DNA of 64,000 nucleotides, from the NCBI GenBank assembly GCA_963752975.1, contig CAVWAG010000008.1, forward strand, positions 98,824 through 162,823, read 5' to 3'. The translations under genes were made by a program, and so were the position numbers. This stretch comes from an uncultured Chloroflexia bacterium (GTDB lineage Bacteria; Chloroflexota; Dehalococcoidia; GIF9; UBA5629). The notes beneath the pieces are model-generated. The model did no database searches. It had not been told where the DNA came from and saw only the letters and a list, made by a program, of their open reading frames with translations. Of this stretch, positions 28,789 to 38,537 are shown in pieces; position 1 is the first letter of the stretch, and the number at the start of each line of letters is the position of its first letter.

Positions 28789-31543
28789 TTATACCGAAAC
28801 CGGGGAGATGGATATCCTGGCGTCCGCGACAACGCAACCCTGCCCTTGCGGCATGGCTATCAGCGGGTTAAGGTCAAGCTCCTGTATTTCGGGTATATCC
28901 TCTATCATGGCCGAAACCCTGAGCAACAGGTCTTCGATGGCCGCGGTATCCGAAGGCGGCGCGCCACGCCAGCCGTCCAGTAACTTATGGGCCTTGAAGG
29001 ATGCCAGCATTTCTCTTGCATCGTAGTCCGTCAGCGGGTGTATCCTGAAATCCACGTCTTTGAACAGTTCGGTGTAAATACCCCCCAGGCCGAACATGAT
29101 GAGCGGCCCGAAGAATTTGTCCTGCGTCACACCCACGATGAGTTCAACACCGCCGGACAGCATCTTCTGGATGGTCACGCCCTGCATCTCCGACCTCCGC
29201 GAGAGCTTCTCCAGGTTTTGCTCTATCTGTACGTATGCCTTCTTCACCTCGTCTGCCGATTTCAGGTTCAGTATCACCCCGCCCACATCTGTCTTGTGCG
29301 AGATGGTAGAAGAGAACAGCTTTAACGCCACCGGGTAGCCGATGTTACCCGCCATTTTAACCGCCTCCTGCTGTGTGGCGGCAACCCCTGATTGGGCGAA
29401 TTTAATGCCATAGGCCGAGAACAGGTCAACTATCTCGTCCGTATCCAGCCAGACGGGATAGCGCTCGGTCCTGGCCAGCGCGGCCTTGATGACCGCTTCG
29501 CCCCTGGCCTTATCGATATCGCCGAAGGTGGGGATTATACCTTCCGGCCTCTTGAGTCGCTCGCTGTATTCATATGACTTGGCCAGAGCATAGGCCGTAG
29601 ATTCCGGGAAGATATAGGTGGGCACGTAGCCCTCCTCCTTCGAGCCGACTATCAGCCTCGATTCAATTCCCAGGAAGTTGGCCAGGACGGGTATGCCTTT
29701 TTTCCGGAACTCCGGCGCCATCTCGCGGATAACTTCCTGCATCAGTTCGATGAGGAACTGCATGGGAGGTATATAGATAATGATGAGCGAATCGATGTCC
29801 TCCTCAAGGAGAACCTTGAGCGCCTGCCGGTACTGGTCGGGGGATACCGCGGCCGTAGTATCCACCGGGTTCATATAGCTCGACTTGGGCGGGAGGCATG
29901 TCTTCAGAACGCTCCGTGCCTTTTCAGATAGGATCGGAAGCTGAAAGCCTTTGGCCGCCAGCGCGTCGGCGGCCATGATGCCCGCGCCTCCGCCGTTGGT
30001 TAAAATAGCTACCCGGTTGCCCCTGGGCACAGGCTGGTTGGAGAGCAGCAGCGCAGTATCGAACAGCTCCTCCAGAGTGTTGCAGCGCAGCATGCCTGTC
30101 TGCTTGATGAGTGCCTCGGTGGCTACATCACCTGAGGCCAGCGCTCCCGTATGGGAGGCCGCCGCACGCGCCCCCACTGCCGAGCGCCCGCTTTTCACTA
30201 TCACAACAGGCTTCTTCAGGGTAGTTTCGCGCGCGATGCGGCGCGAACTTGCGCGGGTTGCCGAAAGACTCGAGGTAGAGCAGGATAAGGTTGGTGTCCG
30301 GATCCTCGGCCCAGTATTGCAGGAGCTCGTTGCCCGTGACGTCCGCCCCGTTGCCGATGCTGACGAAGTTGGAGAGTCCCAGGTTGATCTGGATGGCGTA
30401 ACTGATGATGGCCCCGCCCAGCGCCCCGCTCTGGCTGCCGAAGGCCGTTTTGCCGTGCAGCGGGTAGATCGGCGCGAAGCTGGCATTCATATTGACGTTG
30501 AGGTTGGTATTCTGGATGCCCAGGCAGTTGGGCCCGATGATGCGCATGCCGTAGGCCCCGGCTGTTTTGAGCAGCTTTTTCTCACGCTCTATGCCTTCCC
30601 CTCCCATCTCCGAGAAGCCTGCGGTGATGATGACCAGGCTTTTGACCCCCTTCCTGCCGCATTCCTCGATGATGGGCTGCATCCTCTCCGCCGCTACGGC
30701 TACCAGCGCCAGGTCAACGTCACCCGGTATATCCAATACCGACGGGTAGGCCTTAATTGATGAGACAACCTCATCCTTGGGGTTGACCGGGTAGATGATG
30801 CCCTTGTACTCGTTTTTGATGAGGTCCTTAACCAGCGCGTTGCCGATGCCCGGCTTGTTGGATGCCCCGATGACCGCAATCGAGCGCGGGAACATAAATT
30901 TGCGTATCGAGGCAATCGAGGCGATCTTCTCCCTCTCGGCCGATTTCTGCTCGGCTAACGGCGTGGGCGAGATATTATAAACGCCCCTCCACCCGCGTGA
31001 TTCTACGATCTTGCTGAGTTGGTTGAAGCCGCTGTCCTGAAGCACATCAATCATGTCGCTGTTTTCCTGCAGTACCTCAGCCTCAAAGATGTCGATGCCG
31101 TTTTCCAGCGCAGCCACCGCCAGCAGTTCCAGCAGATGCGTACCGATACCCTTGCGCTGGTGGGGGTCCTCGACTATAAAAGCTATCTCCGCCCGGTTGG
31201 GATGGGGAAGGCGCCAGTAGCGACCCACCCCGATGATGCTTTCCTCCTGCCCCTCTCCCTGTGTGGCCACGACGGCGAAGGTATCGTTGTAATCTATGAC
31301 CGTATACTGGTGGGCTTCCTCCCTTGAGAGGTTGGTCAGAACGTGATGAAAGCGCAGGTAGATGGTACGCCCGCTTAATCGCAGGAAAAAGGACATAAGC
31401 CTGTCCTCATCATCGGTTGTAATCGTTCTCACGTGTAAGACAGAACCGTCTTTGAGAGCGACAGTCCTGGTGTATTTTTCGAGGTCTGGTTTTCCTTGCT
31501 TAGCAGTCAATGCCTTCTCCCGCAAATTTTCACGGTAACTCAA
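28789..31543 (-). pseudogene. Tandem paralog of the GNAT/ADP-forming acyl-CoA synthetase fusion, single frameshift near 30238-30243 (fragments 30128-31543 and 28789-30486)
   Basis: The domain order matches that of 26016-28742. The N-terminal fragment ends ..ESFGNPRKFA and the next frame continues RIARETTLKKPVVIVKSGRSAVGARAAASHTGALAS, so the His is retained. The span is 2755 nt. Confidence 0.85.
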
Positions 31544-31639
31544 ATATTAGCATAATTATGAAAGAAGGTTGGCAAAATCATTGGACAATAACGGCCGGAT
31601 TATGCCGTCCGATATCTGTGGAAGTATTCTGAATAGATT

Positions 31640-31678
31640 AAAAAACCAAAAAGCAGAAATAGACTATGACTGCTTTTG
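31640..31678 (-). terminator. Rho-independent terminator after the DUF5679 gene
   Basis: On the minus strand, AAAAGCAG-loop-CTGCTTTT is followed by TGGTTTTTT. Confidence 0.7.
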
Positions 31679-31695
31679 TACTGTGTCGTCTTATA

Positions 31696-31836
31696 TTATG
31701 CTTTGCCGATGCGGAACATTCTGGTACCGCATTTTATACAGACACCCTGGGTGCCCGGTTTGCCATTCTTCATCCTGACGGCCTTGATATTCTTCATTTC
31801 CCTAATGGCTTTGCATTTCATGCAATACGCATCCAT
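31696..31836 (-). CDS. Small zinc-ribbon protein, DUF5679 family (46 aa), not in the ORF track
   Basis: AGGAGG is followed 6 nt later by ATG (31836). The translation is MDAYCMKCKAIREMKNIKAVRMKNGKPGTQGVCIKCGTRMFRIGKA*. It has two CxxC pairs and the ..MKNGxP..G.C..CGT.MFRIGK pattern I recall for DUF5679. A terminator follows. Confidence 0.75.
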   Translation of the reverse strand: MDAYCMKCKAIREMKNIKAVRMKNGKPGTQGVCIKCGTRMFRIGKA

Positions 31837-32107
31837 CAACTTGCCTCCTGAATATTCATTTCTATCTTCGCCGCCGGTCTGTAGTTTATCAAAGAGCTTT
31901 CTTGTGCGTCAATGTAAATATACTTTGAGTAACATATGAATAGTACTAAAGTCCTGCACTCGGTGAATCTTGATACTCTCCAACTTTAATCAGCATAATA
32001 GAGCTATTACCGTAATCAATGTTTATATATGGTAATAAGCTCCCTGAAAAATGGCTGGAGGCCGGCCTCACAGTATGCTGCGCTGGAAATGTGAGGATTG
32101 CGGTTTC

Positions 32108-33137
32108 TTAAACCTTGCTTTGCAGCGCCCGGATAATCTCTTCCGCTTCGGCTACGATGCGTTCGATCACCTCTTTACAGGTGGGCAGATCGCGTATGCG
32201 GCCTACTACCTGCCCGAAGGGCACTACGCCGTTTTCAAGGTCGCCGTCGTCTAATATCTTGCCCAGGGCGTCGATGCCGATGGCCTGTTGGGCTAATTCC
32301 TGTACCCCTCTTTTCTGCAGGCTGCCGAAGAGCAGTTTCCATATGGGCGTGTCAACCTGTTTCCGCAATGCCCAACCGGCCTTCAGTGCATCTATATAAG
32401 AGGTCTTGCTGTTGGACATCTCGATGGCGCGCTTATTTGCATACCAGCGGCCGGGAAGGCCGTCGATGCCGGCCGAGTAAATAGTCTCTTCCATGAGGGT
32501 TTTCATGGCGGTTTGCTTGATGTTAGGATGCACATCGCACTCCTGGGTGACCACGAAGCGGGTACCCATGGCGATGGCGTCGGCGCCCAGCGCCATGGCG
32601 GCGGCCAGGCCGCGGCCGTCACAATAGCCGCCGGCTGAGATGATGGGTATCTTCACCTTGCTGGCTATTTGTGGAAGCAGTACCATGCCCCCGACCTCGC
32701 TGCCGTGCGCGGCTGCTTCGTGGGCCGGTAACGATGATGGCGTCGGCGCCCTGCTCCGCTGCTTTGACGGCATGCCGTTCGGTGGCGACGGTGGAGATGA
32801 CCTTGCCGCCGTAGGTGTGCGCCTGCCTGATTATCCAGTCGCCTTTGCCCAGTGCGAAGTTGATGATCGGCGCCTTCTCGGCCAGGGCAACCTCGGCGTT
32901 CTCCTTGCCGTTGGGGAAGATGAGTGTGGCATTGATGGCAAACGGCTTATCGGTTAAGGATTTTATCTCCTGGATAATGCCTTTAAGCTGGTCGGGCGTA
33001 TTGGCAACACTGTTGAAGATGCCGAGTCCGCCGGCGTTGCTGACAGCGGCTACCAGCTTGGGCAGGCTGACAAAGGCCATGCCTGAAAGCAATACCGGGT
33101 GCTGTATACCAAAGAGTTCTGTTATTCTGGTTTTCAC
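32108..33137 (-). pseudogene. Nitronate monooxygenase (NMO / 2-nitropropane dioxygenase / FabK-like) family FMN oxidoreductase, frameshift at the C3/G3 run 32723-32725
   Basis: The N-terminal fragment (in 32619-33176) reads VKTRITELFGIQHPVLLSGMAFVS..AVSNAGGLG..ADAIIVTG. The next frame (32108-32773) continues HEAAAHGSEVGG..KIPIISAGGYCDGRGLAAAMALGADAIAMGTRF. A GTG start at 33137 is inferred by analogy with the paralog N-termini (MKTRMTELFG, MIKTRFTELFG). Confidence 0.8.
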
Positions 33138-33306
33138 GGGCGAGGAACCTCCCTTATTTATTATCGTGGCTACCAAACGGTAATAATCTCAAAAATGGCC
33201 TTTAATGTCAAAGGCAGGCGAAGTTGTATTTAAATTCTTTGTTTTCAAGTAGGACACGTGTTATAATCGCTAAAATTTTTAAGTTGGTTGACTTAGGAGA
33301 CAAGAA

Positions 33307-34299
33307 ATGAAAACGCGGATGACCGAACTTTTTGGCATAAAGCACCCGATCATGTGCGGCGGCATGATGTGGCTGTGCAAACCCGACCTCTGCGCGGCGG
33401 TCAGCAATGCAGGCGCGCTGGGCAATATCACGGCGGCTAATTATGACACTGGCGCGGAATTAGCCGTGGCCATCAGGAAGACACGTGAGATGACGGATAA
33501 GCCGTTCTCGGTGAACCTGTCGCTGCTGCCTTCGTTCAGGATTACTAAGGAGATGTATCTCGACTGGTTCAACGCCTGCCTGGCCGAGAAAGTGGCGGCC
33601 TTCGAGATATCGGGCGCCCCGGTGGATAAATTCTTCGGCCCCGACGCTATTAAACGCGGGCACGACGAGGGAGTTAAATTCATTCATAAGGTCGGCTCCG
33701 TGCGGCACGCCATCCACGCTGACCATGCCGGATATGATGCGGTTATCGCAGCGGGTGTAGAAGAAGGTGGGCATCCTTTGAGCGACGATGTTACGACTGT
33801 GGTGCTGACACCCCGCATGGCGGAATCAGTGAAGATACCGGTTATCACTACCGGAGGTATGGCGGATGGGCGGACGCTGGCGGCGGCACTGGTGCTCGGC
33901 GCGGAAGGCGTAATGATGGCCTCACGCTTCATGGCGACTAAGGAATGCCGGATGAACGAGAAGGTCAAGGATGAACTAATCAGGCGCCAGGAATTCGATA
34001 CGGTGCTGTACGGCAAGACCATCGAACTGCAGGGACGAGCGCTGAAGAACGCCTGGGTGAAAAAGGTACAGGACATGGAAGCCAGGCATGCCAAGCTGGA
34101 AGAGATGGCGCCATTGCTCTCAGGTTTGCGCCAGCAGACGGTCTGGGCCGACGGTAATACGGAAGATGCCCTGATGCCCGTCGGGCAATCTATCGGCCTT
34201 ATCCACGACGTGGCTACTTGCAAGGAAGTGGTGGAAAGGATAGTAAAGGAAGCCGAAGGCATACTCAAGGGCTCCACCAAACGGCTTAAAATAAGCTAA
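33307..34299 (+). CDS. Nitronate monooxygenase family FMN oxidoreductase (paralog 2)
   Basis: The 330-aa ORF is intact (MKTRMTELFGIKHPIMCGGM..AVSNAGALG..IPVITTGGMADGRTLAAALVLGAEGVMMASRF). Confidence 0.85.
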   Translation: MKTRMTELFGIKHPIMCGGMMWLCKPDLCAAVSNAGALGNITAANYDTGAELAVAIRKTREMTDKPFSVNLSLLPSFRITKEMYLDWFNACLAEKVAAFEISGAPVDKFFGPDAIKRGHDEGVKFIHKVGSVRHAIHADHAGYDAVIAAGVEEGGHPLSDDVTTVVLTPRMAESVKIPVITTGGMADGRTLAAALVLGAEGVMMASRFMATKECRMNEKVKDELIRRQEFDTVLYGKTIELQGRALKNAWVKKVQDMEARHAKLEEMAPLLSGLRQQTVWADGNTEDALMPVGQSIGLIHDVATCKEVVERIVKEAEGILKGSTKRLKIS

Positions 34300-34317
34300 G
34301 TAATAGCAAACAATAAA

Positions 34318-34347
34318 TAAAGGAGGAGCGGTACGCCGCTCCTCCTT
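34318..34347. terminator. Bidirectional terminator between convergent NMO paralogs
   Basis: A perfect 13-bp stem (AAAGGAGGAGCGG / CCGCTCCTCCTTT) closes a 4-nt loop, with A-rich and T-rich sequence on the two flanks. Confidence 0.75.
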
Positions 34348-34373
34348 TATATTATCAATTAAGTGGTTTATTA

Positions 34374-35426
34374 TCAGGCCAGCATGGCAGAGGTGCTCTT
34401 AATGGTAGCCTCGGCCTCGGCCATAATGCGGTTGATCAACTCCGGCACGGTGGGAAGGTCATTGCAGGCGCCGAGTATCTGGCCGGCGAAGAAGATGCCT
34501 TCTTTCATATCGCCCTGGTAGAGAGCCTGAGTGTGACGGCGGTAGCCGGCGGCCTGGCGCGCCTGCACCCAGAAGGGATGGTCGCTGTCGGCGCCCATCA
34601 TGGTGAAGCTCATGCCGATGAACTGCGGCCAGCTGAGGTTAAGCAGTTGCTTGGTTTCATAAGCGCCGCGGAAGGCGTCAACCAGCGGGAACCCTCCCCT
34701 GGCGATACGCTCGGTGACAGGTGTCTTGAGGGCGCGGCCGCGCAGACCATCGAACTTGGTGCTTACGATTGTATCGTTCTCGCTGGCCTTAAGGCACAGC
34801 TGCTTGAAGTTATCGTGTACCAGGCTTTCCTTGGTCATAGCAAAGCGTGTGCCCATGGAGATGGCGCTTGCCCCCAGCGCTAAAGCTGCCGCCAGTCCCT
34901 TGCCATCGCCGTAGCCGCCGGCTGAGATAATGGGTATCTTGACCTTGCCGGCGACGATGGGCAACATGACCAGCGTGGATGCCTCTTCTCCGTGGGCGGC
35001 TGCCTCGGTGCCGGTCACCACGATGGCGTCGCAGCCCAGTTCAGCGGCCTTGATGGCGTGCTTGACGAAGGCTGTCGTCCCGATGACCTTGCCGCCGTAG
35101 CTATGGACCTGGTCGATGAACCAGGGTTTGCCCAGGGTGTAATTGATCACGGGCACCTTCTCCTCGACGGCCACTTGGATGGTGTCGCGGGCTACCTGTC
35201 CCAGGATAAGCAACTGGTTGATGCCGAAAGGCCTGTCGGTAAGCTTACGTATCTCCTGTATCATCTTGCGGGTCTCTTCCGGTGTGCACCGGGCCGTAGC
35301 AAAGATGCCCAGGCCGCCAGCGTTACAAACGGCAGCCACCAGTTCCGGCGTGGTGATCCAGTTCATGCCGGCCAGCATAATCGGATGCTTGACGCCGAAA
35401 AGTTCAGTGAAGCGGGTTTTTATCAT
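34374..35426 (-). CDS. Nitronate monooxygenase family FMN oxidoreductase (paralog 3)
   Basis: The 350-aa ORF is intact (MIKTRFTELFGVKHPIMLAGM..AVCNAGGLG..VVTGTEAAAHG..IPIISAGGYGDGKGLAAALALGASAISMGTRF). Confidence 0.85.
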   Translation of the reverse strand: MIKTRFTELFGVKHPIMLAGMNWITTPELVAAVCNAGGLGIFATARCTPEETRKMIQEIRKLTDRPFGINQLLILGQVARDTIQVAVEEKVPVINYTLGKPWFIDQVHSYGGKVIGTTAFVKHAIKAAELGCDAIVVTGTEAAAHGEEASTLVMLPIVAGKVKIPIISAGGYGDGKGLAAALALGASAISMGTRFAMTKESLVHDNFKQLCLKASENDTIVSTKFDGLRGRALKTPVTERIARGGFPLVDAFRGAYETKQLLNLSWPQFIGMSFTMMGADSDHPFWVQARQAAGYRRHTQALYQGDMKEGIFFAGQILGACNDLPTVPELINRIMAEAEATIKSTSAMLA

Positions 35427-35613
35427 AGTCAGCTCCTTATGAAGTAATGAATTTCAGGCGCCGGGACTAAAGGCGTATAAGATTAATTTGGAATCACGTC
35501 CCCTGAATTTGAACGGCGCCCATTGGGATGCTATTATATAGCAAGATGCTTTGAACCTCAAGGCATTTTTTTATGGGCTTACCTGCTGTATTATTTGGTC
35601 ATGCGAGGATGAG

Positions 35614-37338
35614 ATGATGGAAAGAGATATAACGAAGGAACTGGATCCCTTATTTAACCCCACATCCGTGGCGCACATCGGCGCTACTAACAACCGGAAC
35701 AAGTGGGGCTTTTCTACTATTACCAGCCTGATACATACTTTCAAAGGGCCTATTTACCCGGTTAATAACCACGAGGAACAGATACAGGGCCTGAAGGTAT
35801 ATAAAAAGGTTACGGATATACCCGGGCCGGTGGACCTGGCGGTCTTCACTATACCGTCTGAGCGGGTGGCGGCCACCATGGAAGAGTGTGTGCAGAAAGG
35901 GGTCAAATCGGCGGTCATCATCTCCGCCGGCTTTGCCGAGATCGGTCCCGAGGGCAAGAAGCTCCAGGACGAGGTCTACGCGATAGCGAAAAGGGGCAAT
36001 ATCAGGTTTATCGGCCCCAACTGCATGGGCTACTGGAGCGCATCATCCTCGCTGGCTGCCTTCATGATGCCGCTGCTGGTCAAGGACGGTCCGCTGGCCT
36101 TCGTGTCGCAGGGCGGCAACGTTGGCGCGGCAGTCGTGGTGGCGGGATATGAGCGCGGGGTCGGCTTCCGGCACTACGTGAGCTGCGGCTGCGCGGCGGA
36201 CGTGCAGATCGAGGACTACATAGAGTATTTCGGGGCAGACCCGGAAGTTAAGGTCATTATGACCTATATCGAGGGACTGAATAACGGCGCCAGGTTTACC
36301 GAGGTCGTCTCAAGGGTAACGCAGAAGAAGCCGGTCATCGTGTTGAAGCCGGGCAAGACGGAAGCGGCCGCCAAGGCCATCAAGTCGCATTCGGGCGCTA
36401 TGGCAGGCAGCGATCGAGTCTACGATGCGGCCTTTAAGAAAATGGGTGCCGTGCGTGTGGATGGACCCGAGGAGATGCTGGATGTCGCCATCGGGTTTTT
36501 GACGCAACCGCTGCCTAAGGGCCGCAACGTGGCCATAATTACCCCGGGCGGCAGCTATGGCGTGTTGTGCGCGGACGCCTGCGAGGAAGGCGGGTTGAAC
36601 GTGGTGAAACTACCGGACAAAACCATACAGGAACTGGATAAGATATTCCCACCGCGCTGGAGCCGCGGCAACCCGGTCGACCCGGCCGGCGACCGCAATT
36701 TCATCGCCTACCTGATCGCACCCGCCTGGTTGCTTGACATAAAAACGGTGGATTCATTGATTTTTATGGGGTTCGGGGGATTCTCGCTTTTCGGCAACCT
36801 GCTGTTGCAGCAGCGCACTGAGCAAGAGAAGCAGATGAAGCCTGAGGAATCCGCACAGCGCGATTCAGCGCTCAAGGCCATCATCCCGATTATCGAGGAC
36901 ATTAAATCGGACAATGTGTACAAGGTCGAGACCGCCATCAAGACCCTGATAAATATGCTTGGCTGGGTGCTGGGAATCCAGGATAAGATGGAGATCGAGG
37001 ATCTGGCATCTATGGTCATCGCGGCCAAGCGCTCGGGGAAAATCGACGATGTCCTGGTAAATAACCTGCTCGATCTGGCCAATGGCACAGCCTCTCTGGC
37101 CAATAGCGGCAGGACACGTATGGATATAATCAACGATATGATAGGGCGTCTGATGCGCGCGCTGAGCGGGCAATGGATCGAAAGCTACGGCAAGCCTGTT
37201 ATCACCACAACTTTCACCGAGGAGCAGGTCAAGCTGATCGGCAACCACTATGACTACACATCGGGTAAACGCGCGGCCAGGGTGCTGCTCAAACTCACCG
37301 AGTATAATGACTACCTGGCGAAAACACTCGCGAAATGA
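35614..37338 (+). CDS. ADP-forming acyl-CoA synthetase alpha-subunit-like protein (CoA-binding plus ligase-CoA domains) with a helical C-terminal extension and no ATP-grasp domain
   Basis: The ORF reads ..SVAHIGATNNRNKWG..PVNNHEEQIQGLKVY..ISAGFAE..IGPNCMG.., and the phosphohistidine loop is retained (KAIKSHSGAMAG). The last 170 aa or so look alpha-helical and I recognise no family in them. The ATG at 35614 is preferred over the TTG at 35551. Confidence 0.75.
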   Translation: MMERDITKELDPLFNPTSVAHIGATNNRNKWGFSTITSLIHTFKGPIYPVNNHEEQIQGLKVYKKVTDIPGPVDLAVFTIPSERVAATMEECVQKGVKSAVIISAGFAEIGPEGKKLQDEVYAIAKRGNIRFIGPNCMGYWSASSSLAAFMMPLLVKDGPLAFVSQGGNVGAAVVVAGYERGVGFRHYVSCGCAADVQIEDYIEYFGADPEVKVIMTYIEGLNNGARFTEVVSRVTQKKPVIVLKPGKTEAAAKAIKSHSGAMAGSDRVYDAAFKKMGAVRVDGPEEMLDVAIGFLTQPLPKGRNVAIITPGGSYGVLCADACEEGGLNVVKLPDKTIQELDKIFPPRWSRGNPVDPAGDRNFIAYLIAPAWLLDIKTVDSLIFMGFGGFSLFGNLLLQQRTEQEKQMKPEESAQRDSALKAIIPIIEDIKSDNVYKVETAIKTLINMLGWVLGIQDKMEIEDLASMVIAAKRSGKIDDVLVNNLLDLANGTASLANSGRTRMDIINDMIGRLMRALSGQWIESYGKPVITTTFTEEQVKLIGNHYDYTSGKRAARVLLKLTEYNDYLAKTLAK

Positions 37339-37348
37339 AAAACCGTCC

Positions 37349-37454
37349 CGTAGGGGGCATACCGCCCGCTTCAGGCGGGTTTAAAAACCGCCCTTACAGA
37401 GTGCCGAACTTCACCGTAGGGACGTTGCTTTAGCTGCGCCCGCTTTTGCGGGCA
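37349..37454. repeat. Two copies of a short GC-rich hairpin unit (CCGTAGGG..GCCCGCTT-loop-GCGGG)
   Basis: CCGTAGGG occurs at 37349-56 and 37415-22. Each copy is followed by a hairpin: CCCGC-TTCAG-GCGGG at 37366-80 (then TTT, probably the terminator of the upstream gene) and GCCCGC-TTTT-GCGGGC at 37439-54. Confidence 0.45.
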
Positions 37455-37498
37455 GGCCTGAAGGCCCCTTCCCACTTCATGATAAGGTATATAATTAG

Positions 37499-38446
37499 AT
37501 GTGTAACAGGGTGAAGAAGATGTCAGAGAAAGCAGGAAAAGTACGCAGGGGTATAGATTTAGCTGCGCACGCCATGGTGGCGGTCATCGTTGTATCATTT
37601 GTTCTGGCGTGGCTGGGTTTATTCAGCCTGCCGGCGAGCGGAGAAGTGGACCAGGCCGGCATGCTGCCGCAGATAATTACATTTCAAATATCTCCCGCTG
37701 GCATTGTCCGGGGAGAGACCGCCATACTGACATGGAGGGTGGAAAATGCTGTGGTGGTAAACATTGACCAGAACGTGGGAGATGTCGCGCCCTCCGGGCA
37801 GCTAACCGTTAAGCCCGATTATTCGACCACCTATAAAATAACGGTGAGCAATGATGCCGGTATAAGGACGAGATATTTAACCCTGCAGGTTGCTGAGGTA
37901 GCGCCTGATGCGCCTGATACGGTGGCGGTTGACCCCGTGACCGGCAGGAATTCCTCGGTGGATTTAAGCTGGGAGGATTATTGCTATTCCAGCGACTACC
38001 AGGTGCAGATAGCGCGCGATGCGGCCTTTACTTTAAAAGTATATGATTCCGGCATATTGCAGCCTGCCGATTCAGTCTCACCGGCTTTCTCCTATCCGCC
38101 CGGGCGGCTGGAAGCCGGGCACACCTATTACTGGCGGGTGCGCACGACACGGGCGGTAACCGGGCAGTGGGCTATCAGCCCCTGGTCGGAAGCCCGGCCT
38201 TTCACGGTCGAGACCGGGTTCCCGGTAAGGGCCAATTCCTACGGTGTGCAGGCGCTCAGCCCGGTCAACAACAGCGGGGGTAGTGCGGGTGGCGCCGATG
38301 CAGCCTCAAATACAAATAAACCTCTGCAAAAGGAGCCCCTTGCCCCGGCGGATGCGCCGGCCTGGGCAATAGCGGTCATCATATTTGGTTCTCTGCTGAT
38401 CGGCATGGTCGTGGCATTCACTCTAAGGGAAGGGAAAAAGATATAG
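37499..38446 (+). CDS. Hypothetical bitopic surface protein (N-terminal and C-terminal TM helices, Ig-like/FN3-like repeats)
   Basis: The 315-aa ORF is intact and its central beta-rich domains include ..GETAILTWRVENAVVVNIDQNVG..TTYKITVSN... The start could instead be the ATG at 37520. Confidence 0.5.
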   Translation: MCNRVKKMSEKAGKVRRGIDLAAHAMVAVIVVSFVLAWLGLFSLPASGEVDQAGMLPQIITFQISPAGIVRGETAILTWRVENAVVVNIDQNVGDVAPSGQLTVKPDYSTTYKITVSNDAGIRTRYLTLQVAEVAPDAPDTVAVDPVTGRNSSVDLSWEDYCYSSDYQVQIARDAAFTLKVYDSGILQPADSVSPAFSYPPGRLEAGHTYYWRVRTTRAVTGQWAISPWSEARPFTVETGFPVRANSYGVQALSPVNNSGGSAGGADAASNTNKPLQKEPLAPADAPAWAIAVIIFGSLLIGMVVAFTLREGKKI

Positions 38447-38537
38447 CGTACTGACCATTATAAGCATGGTTACAGATTGACAGTTCTGTAAAGGTGCAGA
38501 TATCCTGATAGCATTAAATGATGAGGAGGTAAGGTAA

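Noticed and set aside
29951-30760. 269-aa plus-strand ORF across the frameshift region of the second GNAT-ACD gene.
   Set aside because: It lies antisense to a conserved ligase-CoA domain and its composition is typical of an antisense frame. It does not explain the break.
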